Made by a program: the position numbers and the translations under genes
Notes under the pieces: generated by a model
Databases searched by the model: none
Told to the model about the DNA's origin: nothing
Seen by the model: the letters and a program-made list of their open reading frames with translations, nothing else
Part shown: positions 35,695 through 44,508 of the stretch, piece after piece
Numbering within the stretch: the first letter of the stretch is position 1
How the letters are laid out: the number at the start of each line of letters is the position of its first letter
Assembly: GCA_964639985.1 (NCBI GenBank)
Contig: CAZXHG010000013.1
Coordinates: forward strand, 1,597 to 65,596
Length of the DNA stretch: 64,000 nucleotides
Direction: 5' to 3'
From: an uncultured Rickettsiales bacterium
GTDB taxonomy: Bacteria > Myxococcota_A > UBA796 > UBA9615 > CAYRNR01

Positions 35695-37106
35695 GCACCC
35701 TGTTCCACCCTCCTCGCGAGATCGCGACCGAGCAGCTCCTGGCCGCGGTCTCGGGACAGCTGTCGGGCACGGTCGGACCGGGCCCCTGGCGGGTGACCAC
35801 CGACTCTCGTGCGGCAGGGCCGGGCACGGTGTTCTTCGCGTTGGCGGGTGATCGTTTCGATGGCCACGACTTCGTGGGCGACGTGCTGGCACGGGGTGGG
35901 ACGGGCGCGGTGGTGGCGGAGTCTCACGCCTCGGCCCGCGCCGAGGTGCCCGCTGGCAGCTTCGTGGTGGGGGTGGACGATCCCCTGGTCGCCCTGGGGC
36001 AGCTGGCCCGGTCCGTGCGGCGCAGCGCTGACGTGCCCGTCATCGGCCTGACCGGCTCCAGCGGCAAGACCACCACGCGAGACATGATCGCCGCGGTGAT
36101 GCGCACTGCCGGCTCGGGGCTGGCCACCACGGGCAACTTCAACAACCTCGTGGGCCTGCCCCTGACCCTGATGCACCTGCAGGACGATCACGCCTGGATC
36201 GTGCTGGAGATGGGGATGTCCGCACCCGGCGAGATCCGGGAGCTGGCCCGCATCGCCGAGCCCGGCATCCGGCTGGTGACCAACGTGGCCGCCGCCCACC
36301 TGGAGTTCTTCGCGGACCTCGACGGCGTGGCCCGGGCCAAGGGCGAGCTGTTCGAGGACGCGAGGCCAGGTGAGGTGCTGATCACCAACGCGGACGATCC
36401 GCGCAGCGCGCTGTTCCCGCGACCGGACGGCACGCGGGAGATCCGTTTCGGCGCCCGCGCCGAGGCCGACGTGCGCATCCTGCGGGTGGACGCGGCCGAC
36501 CTGGACGGCAGCCGTGCCGTGCTGTCCCTGTTCGGCGACGAGCTGACCTGCGACGTGCCGCTGCCGGGGAGGCACAACGTGGCCAACGCGGCCGCCGCGC
36601 TGGCGGTGGCCTGGGCCGCAGGCGTCGACCCCGAGGCCGCGGCGGCGACGCTGTCCGGCGTGCGTGTCACCGGGGGGCGTATGCAGGTGCGCGAGATCGG
36701 CGATGTGCACGTGATCGACGACACGTACAACGCCAACCCCCGCTCCGTGGCGGCCGCGCTCGAGACCCTGGTCACGGGCGAGGGTGGCGGGCGGCGGTTC
36801 GCGGTGCTGGGCGACATGCTGGAGCTGGGGGTCACCGGCGCGGAGCTCCACCGGGAGATCGGGGAGACGGCCGCGGCCCTCGATGTGGACCGGCTGATGG
36901 TGACCGGGCCCCTGGGCCGGCACCTGGCCGAGGGTGCGCGAGCAGCCGGCATGAGCCCGGAACGGGTGGGCTGGTATGCGTCCCACGACGACCTCGTACA
37001 TGACCTGCTCGCCGAGCTCGAGGCCGGCGATCGCGTCCTGGTCAAGGGATCGCGGGGCATGCACATGGAGCGGGTGGTCCAGGGAATCGAGGCACGACAG
37101 CGATGA
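35691..37106 (+). CDS. murF: UDP-MurNAc-pentapeptide synthetase
   Basis: TDSR, TGSSGKTTTRD, NFNNLVGLP, EMGMSAPGEI, DTYNANP, GDMLELG, KGSRG. Confidence 0.97.
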   Translation: MSTLFHPPREIATEQLLAAVSGQLSGTVGPGPWRVTTDSRAAGPGTVFFALAGDRFDGHDFVGDVLARGGTGAVVAESHASARAEVPAGSFVVGVDDPLVALGQLARSVRRSADVPVIGLTGSSGKTTTRDMIAAVMRTAGSGLATTGNFNNLVGLPLTLMHLQDDHAWIVLEMGMSAPGEIRELARIAEPGIRLVTNVAAAHLEFFADLDGVARAKGELFEDARPGEVLITNADDPRSALFPRPDGTREIRFGARAEADVRILRVDAADLDGSRAVLSLFGDELTCDVPLPGRHNVANAAAALAVAWAAGVDPEAAAATLSGVRVTGGRMQVREIGDVHVIDDTYNANPRSVAAALETLVTGEGGGRRFAVLGDMLELGVTGAELHREIGETAAALDVDRLMVTGPLGRHLAEGARAAGMSPERVGWYASHDDLVHDLLAELEAGDRVLVKGSRGMHMERVVQGIEARQR

Positions 37107-38449
37107 GGCTCCGCGAGACCAAGGTGCTGGTGATGGGCCTGGGCCGTAGCGGCCAGGCGGCCCTCCGCCTGTGCGCCCGCAGCGGGGCCCGCGTCACCGG
37201 GACCGACCGACGCAGCGCCGACCAGCTGGCCGCCGTGGTCGCCCTCGCCAGGAGCGAGGGAGCCTCGCTCGTGCTGGGTGAGCACCGCGAGCAGGACTTC
37301 CTCGACGCGGATCTGATCGTGCTCAGTCCGGGGATACCGCCGGAGCAGGCGCACGTGGCCGCGGCCATCCGGGCGGGGGTGCCCGTGATCGGTGAGCTCG
37401 AGCTGGCCTGTTCGCAGCTGGACTGTGTGGTCGTGGGCATCACCGGGACCAACGGCAAGTCGACCACCACCACCTTCTGCGGGGACCTGCTGGTCGCAGC
37501 CGGGCGGTCGGTGTTCGTCGGGGGCAACCTCGGCGTGCCCCTCAGCGACGGTGTGCTCGAGGGCCCCTACGACCTCGCCGTGGTCGAGGTGAGCTCCTTC
37601 CAGCTCGAGACCGCGCCCACCTTCCACCCCCGCGTGGCCGCCCTGCTCAACCTGACCGAGGACCACCTGGACCGGTACCCGAGCTTCGAGGCCTACTGCG
37701 ACGCCAAGGCCAACATCTTCGTGAACCTGGGCGAGGACGACACCGTCGTCTACAACGCCTCCGATACCCGGGTCGTGGCGATGATCTCGCACGTCCCGGG
37801 TCGCCACCTGGCCTTCTCCTTGCGCGACCACGGCGTCGACGGCGCGTTCCTCGACGGTGGTTCACTCGTCGTGCGGCGAGGCGGAGTGGTCCAGCGCGTG
37901 GAGCTGGAACCGTTCGCCGTGCCGGGTGCCCACAACATCGAGAACCTGATGGCCGCGCTGCTTTGCACGCTCGCCGCAGGCGCGGATCTCGAGGCCGTGG
38001 CCGAGGCGCTGCCGACGCTGCGCGGGCTGCCGCACCGGATGGAGTGGGTGGGAACGGTCGATGACGTGGCCTTCTACAACGACAGCAAGGCCACCAACGT
38101 CGCGTCCGCGGCCAAGACCCTAGAGGGGTGCCCCCGCCCGGCCGTGGTCCTGCTCGGCGGCAAGGACAAGGGGGGCGACTACGGGCCGCTGGTCCAGGCC
38201 CTGGCCGAGCAGGCCCGGGGTGCGGTCGTGTTCGGCCAGGCCGCGGACGTGATCGCCGGGGCCCTGACCGAGGGCGGCGTCCCGTTCGAGCGAGCGGAGG
38301 ACCTGGCTGGCGCCCTGGCCGCGGCGCAGACGATCGCCCGCCCGGGCGATGCGGTGCTGCTGAGCCCAGCGTGCTCCAGCTACGACCAGTTCCGTGACTA
38401 CGAGCAGCGCGGGGACACCTTCCGCACGCTGGTGGAGGATCTGCGATGA
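37103..38449 (+). CDS. murD: UDP-MurNAc-L-Ala--D-Glu ligase
   Basis: GLGRSG, SPGI, ITGTNGKSTTT, GGNLG, EVSSFQL, HRME, NDSKATN, LSPACSSYDQF. Confidence 0.97.
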   Translation: MRLRETKVLVMGLGRSGQAALRLCARSGARVTGTDRRSADQLAAVVALARSEGASLVLGEHREQDFLDADLIVLSPGIPPEQAHVAAAIRAGVPVIGELELACSQLDCVVVGITGTNGKSTTTTFCGDLLVAAGRSVFVGGNLGVPLSDGVLEGPYDLAVVEVSSFQLETAPTFHPRVAALLNLTEDHLDRYPSFEAYCDAKANIFVNLGEDDTVVYNASDTRVVAMISHVPGRHLAFSLRDHGVDGAFLDGGSLVVRRGGVVQRVELEPFAVPGAHNIENLMAALLCTLAAGADLEAVAEALPTLRGLPHRMEWVGTVDDVAFYNDSKATNVASAAKTLEGCPRPAVVLLGGKDKGGDYGPLVQALAEQARGAVVFGQAADVIAGALTEGGVPFERAEDLAGALAAAQTIARPGDAVLLSPACSSYDQFRDYEQRGDTFRTLVEDLR

Positions 38450-39642
38450 AGGCCGTTCGGCGACACGTGGACCCCGTACTGATGACCTGTGTGCTGGGTC
38501 TCGTCGGACTCGGCATCGTCATGGTCTACTCGGCCGGCGGTGTGCGTGCGGCCGACGTGTACGGCCAGGAACACTTCTACCTGTCGCGGCAGGCCGCGTT
38601 CGCCTGTGTGGGGCTGCTCGCGATGGCGATCGCGGCACGCATCCCCTACCAGTTCTACCGGCGCTGGACGTACCCCATCCTGGGCACGGTGATGGTGATG
38701 CTGGTGCTGGTGTTCATCCCCGGGGTGGGCAGCACCATGGGTGGTGCCACCCGCTGGATCAACCTGCACTTCATCTACCTGCAGCCCTCGGAGCTGGCCA
38801 AGTTCGCGCTCGTGCTGTACCTGGCCTACTCGCTGGCCAAGAAGCAGGAGCACATCGACACGTTCTCGGTGGGCATCCTGCCCCACCTGATCGTCGCGGG
38901 ACTGGCCCTGGCGCTGATCCTGCTGGAGCCGGACTTCGGCACCACCGCGGTGCTGGCCTCGATCCTGTTCGCGATGATGTTCATCGCCGGGACCCGGATC
39001 CTGCACCTGTCGGCCATCTTCACCGTGGCCCTGCCCCTGGCCTTCGTGGTGCTGATCGGGGCGGAGTACCGGCGCCGCCGGTTGCTGGCGTTCCTCGATC
39101 CCTGGGCCGACCAGGCGGACACCGGCTTCCACATCATCCAGAGCTGGCTGGCGTTCCACCGCGGGGGGGCCTTCGGGGTCGGGCTCGGCGCGGGCACCCA
39201 GAAGCTGTTCTACCTGCCCGCAGCGCACACGGACTTCATCTTCAGCGTGGTAGGCGAGGAGCTGGGCCTGGTCGGTGTGACGCTGACCCTGGCCGCCTTC
39301 GCCGTGTTCATCTGGCGGGGGACCACGCTGTCGCGCCGAGCTCCCGACCTGTTCGGCCAGCTGCTGGGCACGGGCATCACCTTCATCATCGGCCTGCAGG
39401 CCGTGATCAACATGATGGTCGTCACCGGATTGCTGCCCACCAAGGGGTTGACCTTGCCCTTCGTCAGCTACGGAGGATCCTCCCTGGTGGCCTACCTGTT
39501 CATGGTGGGCGTGCTGCTCAACATCAGCTCCCAGGCCCTGGTGGGCAACCGCCGGGTTCGCGGGGGGCAACCGGACGAGCCGCAGCGGCGGTGGTCTCCG
39601 GTGGGCGGGGGCAAGGTGCCCGACCGGGGGGACTGGCTGTGA
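38446..39642 (+). CDS. ftsW: SEDS peptidoglycan polymerase FtsW
   Basis: GATRWI, QPSELAK, EPDFGT, LPAAHTDFIF, LPTKGLTLPFVSYGGSS. Confidence 0.97.
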   Translation: MKAVRRHVDPVLMTCVLGLVGLGIVMVYSAGGVRAADVYGQEHFYLSRQAAFACVGLLAMAIAARIPYQFYRRWTYPILGTVMVMLVLVFIPGVGSTMGGATRWINLHFIYLQPSELAKFALVLYLAYSLAKKQEHIDTFSVGILPHLIVAGLALALILLEPDFGTTAVLASILFAMMFIAGTRILHLSAIFTVALPLAFVVLIGAEYRRRRLLAFLDPWADQADTGFHIIQSWLAFHRGGAFGVGLGAGTQKLFYLPAAHTDFIFSVVGEELGLVGVTLTLAAFAVFIWRGTTLSRRAPDLFGQLLGTGITFIIGLQAVINMMVVTGLLPTKGLTLPFVSYGGSSLVAYLFMVGVLLNISSQALVGNRRVRGGQPDEPQRRWSPVGGGKVPDRGDWL

Positions 39643-39692
39643 CGACACTGCGACTGGACGCCCGCCAGCGAGCGGGCTGGAGGCGAGCATGA
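39639..39692 (+). pseudogene. 17-codon mini-ORF (MTTLRLDARQRAGWRRA) at the murG position; putative deletion scar
   Basis: GTG overlaps the ftsW TGA (GTGA) and its TGA overlaps the murC ATG (ATGA). The murG origin is inference. Confidence 0.45.
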
Positions 39693-41092
39693 AGGCGCTG
39701 TTCCGCAGGACCCGACGGGTCCACTTCGTCGGCATCGGCGGGATCGGCATGAGTGGGATCGCCGAGGTCCTGATCAACCTGGGCTACGAGGTGTCCGGGT
39801 CGGACCTGCGCGAGTCGCCGGTCACGCGCCAGCTCGTCTCCCAGGGCGCGGAGGTGGCCCTCGGCCACGCGGCGGACAACGTCGAGGGGTCCCACGTGGT
39901 GGTGATCAGCTCGGCGGTGAAGGACGACAACGTGGAGGTGGTGGCGGCCTACGACCGGGGGATCCCGGTGATCCCGAGGGCCGAGATGCTCGCCGAGCTG
40001 ATGCGCATGAAGCACGGCCTCGCCGTGGCCGGCAGCCACGGCAAGACCACGACCACGTCCATGCTGGCCGAGTGCCTGGCCGCGGCCAACATGGATCCCA
40101 CGGTGGTCGTGGGCGGTCGGCTCAACTCCATCGACAGCAACGCCAAGCTGGGGGAGGGGGACTTCCTGGTCGCCGAGGCCGACGAGAGCGACGGCTCCTT
40201 CCTCAAGCTGTCGCCCACGGTCGCGATCGTGACCAACATCGACCGCGAGCACATGGACCACTACCAGGACTTCGACACCCTGGTGCAGGCGTTCCTCGAC
40301 TTCATCAACAAGGTGCCGTTCTACGGCGCGGCCGTGATCTGCCTGGACCACCCCGTGATCCAGAAGATCATCCCCCGCATCCACAAGCGCTACATCACCT
40401 ACGGGCTGTCCTCGCAAGCCGAGGTGCACGCCGTGGACCTGCACTTCAGCGGCGGCACCAGCGTGTTCACGGTGATGCACAACGACCGATGGCTGGGCAA
40501 GGTCGAGCTGAACATGCCCGGCCGACACAACGTGCTCAACGCCCTGGCCGTGGTCGCGGCCAGCCTCGAGGTGGACATCCCGTTCAAGGTCGTGCGTCGT
40601 GCGTTGAACCAGTTCGGCGGCGTGTCGCGGCGATTCACGGAGCGTGGCAACGAGGGCGGCGTGCTGGTGATCGACGACTACGGGCATCACCCCGTGGAGA
40701 TCCGCTCCACCCTGCAGGCGGCCCGCGAGGGATTCGGCAGGCGCGTGATCTCCGTGTTCCAGCCGCACAGGTTCTCGCGCATACAGGACCTGCAGGATGA
40801 TTTCATGAGCGCATTCAACGACACGGATCTGCTCGTGGTGACCGACATCTACGCCGCCGGGGAGCGGCCGGTGGAGGGGGTCACCGGTCGGGGCCTGTAC
40901 CAGGGACTGCGGGAGCACGGTCACAAGAATGCGGTGTACCTGCCGGATCGTGCGGCGATCGTGGCCTACCTGCTGGACACGGTGGAGAAGGGCGACATCG
41001 TGATCACGCTGGGTGCGGGTGACGTGTACCGGGTCGGTGAGGAGCTGCTCGAAGGACTTCGCGAACGAGGTAGGGGTGGCGATGGCGGTTGA
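39689..41092 (+). CDS. murC: UDP-MurNAc--L-alanine ligase
   Basis: HFVGIGGIGMSG, GSHGKTTTT, EADESDGSF, DDYGHHP, QPHRF, GAGD. Confidence 0.98.
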   Translation: MKALFRRTRRVHFVGIGGIGMSGIAEVLINLGYEVSGSDLRESPVTRQLVSQGAEVALGHAADNVEGSHVVVISSAVKDDNVEVVAAYDRGIPVIPRAEMLAELMRMKHGLAVAGSHGKTTTTSMLAECLAAANMDPTVVVGGRLNSIDSNAKLGEGDFLVAEADESDGSFLKLSPTVAIVTNIDREHMDHYQDFDTLVQAFLDFINKVPFYGAAVICLDHPVIQKIIPRIHKRYITYGLSSQAEVHAVDLHFSGGTSVFTVMHNDRWLGKVELNMPGRHNVLNALAVVAASLEVDIPFKVVRRALNQFGGVSRRFTERGNEGGVLVIDDYGHHPVEIRSTLQAAREGFGRRVISVFQPHRFSRIQDLQDDFMSAFNDTDLLVVTDIYAAGERPVEGVTGRGLYQGLREHGHKNAVYLPDRAAIVAYLLDTVEKGDIVITLGAGDVYRVGEELLEGLRERGRGGDGG

Positions 41093-42062
41093 CCCCCGGC
41101 GACGCGGCCGGTCGCGCCAGCGGCTGGACGAGGCCCGGCGGCAGCAGCTCGCTGCGCTGGAGGCAGGGGACGTGCGCTTCGACGAGTCCATGTGCGCCTG
41201 GACCGCGTTCCGCAGCGGTGGCCCGGCCGAGGCCCTGGTGGCCGTGCAGGACGTTCCCGGGTGGCTGGCCCTGCTGCGCTGGTGTCGCGAGGAGCGCGTC
41301 CCGGTGTTCGTGCTCGGCGAGTCGCACGGCGTGCTGGTCGGGGACGGCGGCGTGGACGGGGTCGTGGTGGTCACCCGGGGCTGTCACACGGTACGCCCGG
41401 TGGACCGGGAGATCGACCCGGTCGAGATCCTGGCCGAGGTGCCCGCGGCCGTGATCGTGGCCGAGGCCGGGGCCACCCTGGGCAGGCTGGCGCAGGCGTC
41501 CGCGGACCTCGGCTTCGACGTGCCCTTCGGCGCCCCAGGGCAGGACGGCACCGTGGGGGGCGTGGTGCGCCGCTGCTTCGGCGAGCTGCGCGAACACGTG
41601 GTGGCCGTGGGCGTGCTCACGGATCGCGCCCGGATCCAGGTCCGGCTGGCGCGGGAGGTGGATCCCGACGTGGACGCGTTCCCCCTGCGTGTGAGGCAGG
41701 CCATCGCCTGGGTCGCGTTCGCGCTGCCCCGGTCCACGACCGGCGATCTGTTCGCCGGTGAAGAAATTACCACTGGTAGCAGGAAAACAGAGGAAAACGT
41801 GCGGAATGGTAGATTTCGCATGTTCCTGGATCCTCGGGAATCCACAGCCTCCGAGGTCCTGCAATCCGTGGACGTCAAGGGCATCCGCCTTCGTGATGTC
41901 ACGCTGGACGAGCAGGATCCCAACGTGGCCGTGAACCTGGGGGAGGGGTCGAGTCACGACCTCCAGCTGCTCGTCGCCTACCTGGCCGAGCGGGTTTCCA
42001 GTCGTGCTGGTGTGAAGCTGGAACCCGCCTATCGTGCGCGTGGTAAAAAAAGACAAACTTGA
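41082..42062 (+). CDS. MurB-like FAD-fold protein with degenerate active-site motifs
   Basis: Sits in the murB slot. WTAFRSGGPA, VLVGDGGVDGVV, AEAG, GTVGG, VKG...NVAVNLG...GVKLEP align to MurB, but the GxGSN, YRxS, GSxF and ExE motifs are altered. Confidence 0.8.
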   Translation: MAVDPRRRGRSRQRLDEARRQQLAALEAGDVRFDESMCAWTAFRSGGPAEALVAVQDVPGWLALLRWCREERVPVFVLGESHGVLVGDGGVDGVVVVTRGCHTVRPVDREIDPVEILAEVPAAVIVAEAGATLGRLAQASADLGFDVPFGAPGQDGTVGGVVRRCFGELREHVVAVGVLTDRARIQVRLAREVDPDVDAFPLRVRQAIAWVAFALPRSTTGDLFAGEEITTGSRKTEENVRNGRFRMFLDPRESTASEVLQSVDVKGIRLRDVTLDEQDPNVAVNLGEGSSHDLQLLVAYLAERVSSRAGVKLEPAYRARGKKRQT

Positions 42063-42074
42063 CGCGCGCGTAGG

Positions 42075-42103
42075 TTGACAATATTGGCGCAAACCCCCAA
42101 AAT
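42075..42103 (+). promoter_or_regulatory. Internal sigma70 promoter upstream of ddl (TTGACA-17-CAAAAT)
   Basis: -35 at 42075-42080, -10 at 42098-42103, in an AT-rich 86-bp gap. Confidence 0.65.
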
Positions 42104-42148
42104 CGACATTGCGGTGGTAGCTGTATTTCAGGCTGTACAGGCAGGCGG

Positions 42149-43090
42149 ATGCTGGATGCGTGGCGGGACAGGAAGATCGCGGTGCTCCTCGGCGGGCTGA
42201 GTGCCGAGCGCGACGTCTCGCTGGCCAGCGGTGCCGCTGTCGCATCGGCCCTGCGCGATCGTGGCTACGACATCGCCGAGATCGACGTGGGGCGGGACCT
42301 CTCCAGTCAACTCCACGACGCAGGCGCCGAGGCAGCCGTGATCCTGCTGCACGGCACGTTCGGCGAGGACGGCTGTGTTCAGGGCGTGCTCGAACTGCTC
42401 GACATCCCGTACTCCGGGTCGGGCGTGGCCGCATCCGCGCTGGCCATGGACAAGGTCCGGACCAAGCGACTGCTGGAGGCCAGCGGTCTGCCCGTCCCCC
42501 GGGACCGGGTGCTCACACCGGACGAGGCGCTCGCCGCAAACGTGCACATCCCGTTCGGCATCCCGCTGGTGGTCAAGCCCGCGGCCGAGGGCTCGAGCGT
42601 GGGGACGGCGGTGGTCACGGACCGCGCTGATCTCGCCGACGCGCTGACCGACGCGGCGCGCTACGGCCGGGTCCTGGTCGAGGAATTCGTGGCCGGCCCC
42701 GAGGTCACGGTGGCCATGCTGGACGGACGGCCGCTGCCGCCGGTGGAGATCCGACCCCACGACGGGTTCTACGACTACCGCAACAAGTACACCAAGGGGC
42801 GGACCGTCTACATCTGCCCCGCAGAGATCAGCACGGCCGCGACCGCGAGCATCCAGCGGATGGCCGTGAAGGCCTGTGACCTGGTGGGTGTGCGCGGCGT
42901 GGCGCGCGTGGACTTCATGCTCGGCGGTGGCGACGCCCCGCACCTGCTCGAGATCAACACCATCCCCGGCATGACCGAGCTGTCGCTGGTGCCCATGGCC
43001 GCCCGGGAGGCGGGCCTGTCCTTCGGTGACGTGGCCGAGCGTATGCTGGCCGGAGCGCGGTGCGAGCTGCGCGCCGCGGAGGCGGACTGA
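42149..43090 (+). CDS. ddl: D-alanine--D-alanine ligase
   Basis: GGLSAERDVSL, LHGTFGEDG, MDK, EGSS, FYDYRNKY (Tyr omega loop), EINTIPG. Confidence 0.97.
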   Translation: MLDAWRDRKIAVLLGGLSAERDVSLASGAAVASALRDRGYDIAEIDVGRDLSSQLHDAGAEAAVILLHGTFGEDGCVQGVLELLDIPYSGSGVAASALAMDKVRTKRLLEASGLPVPRDRVLTPDEALAANVHIPFGIPLVVKPAAEGSSVGTAVVTDRADLADALTDAARYGRVLVEEFVAGPEVTVAMLDGRPLPPVEIRPHDGFYDYRNKYTKGRTVYICPAEISTAATASIQRMAVKACDLVGVRGVARVDFMLGGGDAPHLLEINTIPGMTELSLVPMAAREAGLSFGDVAERMLAGARCELRAAEAD

Positions 43091-44508
43091 TGGGCGTGCT
43101 GGACACCCAGACGGTCCGTCGCACGGCCAACCGCAGGTTGGGGCGGGAGAAGGTCACCGAGGCGCCGCAGCGGAGCACGCGCGAGGCCCGGAGCCGACGT
43201 GCGCCCGACAGCGAGGTCCGTCCCCGACTGTCGAAGAAGCAGCCGTCCGACAGCTTCCGGGCGGTGTCCCCGGGTCGCGGATTCCCGCTCCAGGTGTGGT
43301 TCGAGGAGGCGCTGGCCGCCCTGATCGACGTCAGCCGACGCGCCGTGGGCGCGACCGGGTGGTTCGGTGCGGCGCTCAGCGCGGTGGTCGGGTCGGTGGC
43401 GTTCGCCCTGGTCTGGTCCGCGGCCACCTCCCTGTCCCTGGGCTGGCGCGCATTCCGCTGGAGCCTGGCGATGGCCCGCCGGGGGCTGGTGTTCCTGATG
43501 CCCCACCTGCGAACGGGCGTGGAGCATTCCGCACGGATCGGCAGGCAGGGCGCGATCCACTCGGCCCGGGCCGGTCGGCAGGTGGCCACGCAGACCCGCA
43601 CGCAGATCCGGACTCAGGCCGAGGACATGCGGGACGGGTTCCCGGACCTGCAGGAAGGCGCCGAGGCCGCGCAGCGGGCCTGGCTGCGGTTCCTCGGCTA
43701 TGCCGTGTACCAGCGCCGCGAGCTGCAGCGACAGGGATTCCTCGATCGGCCGGGCTGGCGCCAGGCGCTGAACGCGACGACCGTGGGCCTCGTGATCGGC
43801 GGGACCCTGCTGACCGTGACCGCGGCCGCGCTGTTCGGACCGCAGCTGCTGCGGGAGAGCGACGCCCTGTGTCTCCACGAGATCAGCGTGCGTGGCAACG
43901 ACATGGTGCCCGTCGGCGTGATCCTGGAGACCGCGGACGTGGATATCGGCGACAACCTCACCACGCTGGACCTCGCGGCCATCGCCGACGAGCTGTCCGC
44001 GTTGCCCTGGATCGAGTCCGCCACCCTGCGGCGCAGCTACCCGGACCGGCTGACGGTGCAGGTGGTCGAGCGCCAGCCCGCGCTGATGCTGGCCGACGAG
44101 CAGCTGTGGTTCGTGGACCACCTGGGCGAGGTGTTCAAGCCGGTGGACCCGACCGAGTGGACCGACCTGCCGGTGATCACTGGCATCGACGTGGACCAGC
44201 GCGCCGTGGATCCGGACGGCAGCCGGGAACGACTGCGTCGCGCCCTGGCGGTGATCGCGGCGATCGGCGAGTCACAGTCGCTGGAAGCCGACGACATCGG
44301 CGAGGTCGCCGTGGAGCGGGGTGGCCTGTACCGGGTGCGCCTGGTCGAGCAGCAGGTGGACCTCCGGCTGGCCGAGGACAACTACGAGACCGGGTTGCAG
44401 CGACTCGATTCCCTGCTGACCCGCGAGCTGATCGCCCTGGACCAGGTGGAGAGCCTGGACCTGGCGCTGCGCAACCAGGTGGTCGCGACCTGGAAGGCGG
44501 AGTTATGA
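43090..44508 (+). CDS. ftsQ: Cell division protein FtsQ with long N-terminal extension
   Basis: POTRA region (ISVRGN...LPWIESATLRRSYPDRLTVQVVERQP), DLPVITG, LDLALRNQVV; position between ddl and ftsA. Confidence 0.88.
   Translation: MGVLDTQTVRRTANRRLGREKVTEAPQRSTREARSRRAPDSEVRPRLSKKQPSDSFRAVSPGRGFPLQVWFEEALAALIDVSRRAVGATGWFGAALSAVVGSVAFALVWSAATSLSLGWRAFRWSLAMARRGLVFLMPHLRTGVEHSARIGRQGAIHSARAGRQVATQTRTQIRTQAEDMRDGFPDLQEGAEAAQRAWLRFLGYAVYQRRELQRQGFLDRPGWRQALNATTVGLVIGGTLLTVTAAALFGPQLLRESDALCLHEISVRGNDMVPVGVILETADVDIGDNLTTLDLAAIADELSALPWIESATLRRSYPDRLTVQVVERQPALMLADEQLWFVDHLGEVFKPVDPTEWTDLPVITGIDVDQRAVDPDGSRERLRRALAVIAAIGESQSLEADDIGEVAVERGGLYRVRLVEQQVDLRLAEDNYETGLQRLDSLLTRELIALDQVESLDLALRNQVVATWKAEL

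Noticed and set aside
42770-42800. Possible D-Ala-D-Lac ligase (vancomycin-resistance type)
   Set aside because: The omega loop has Tyr (YDYRNKY), typical of D-Ala-D-Ala ligases.
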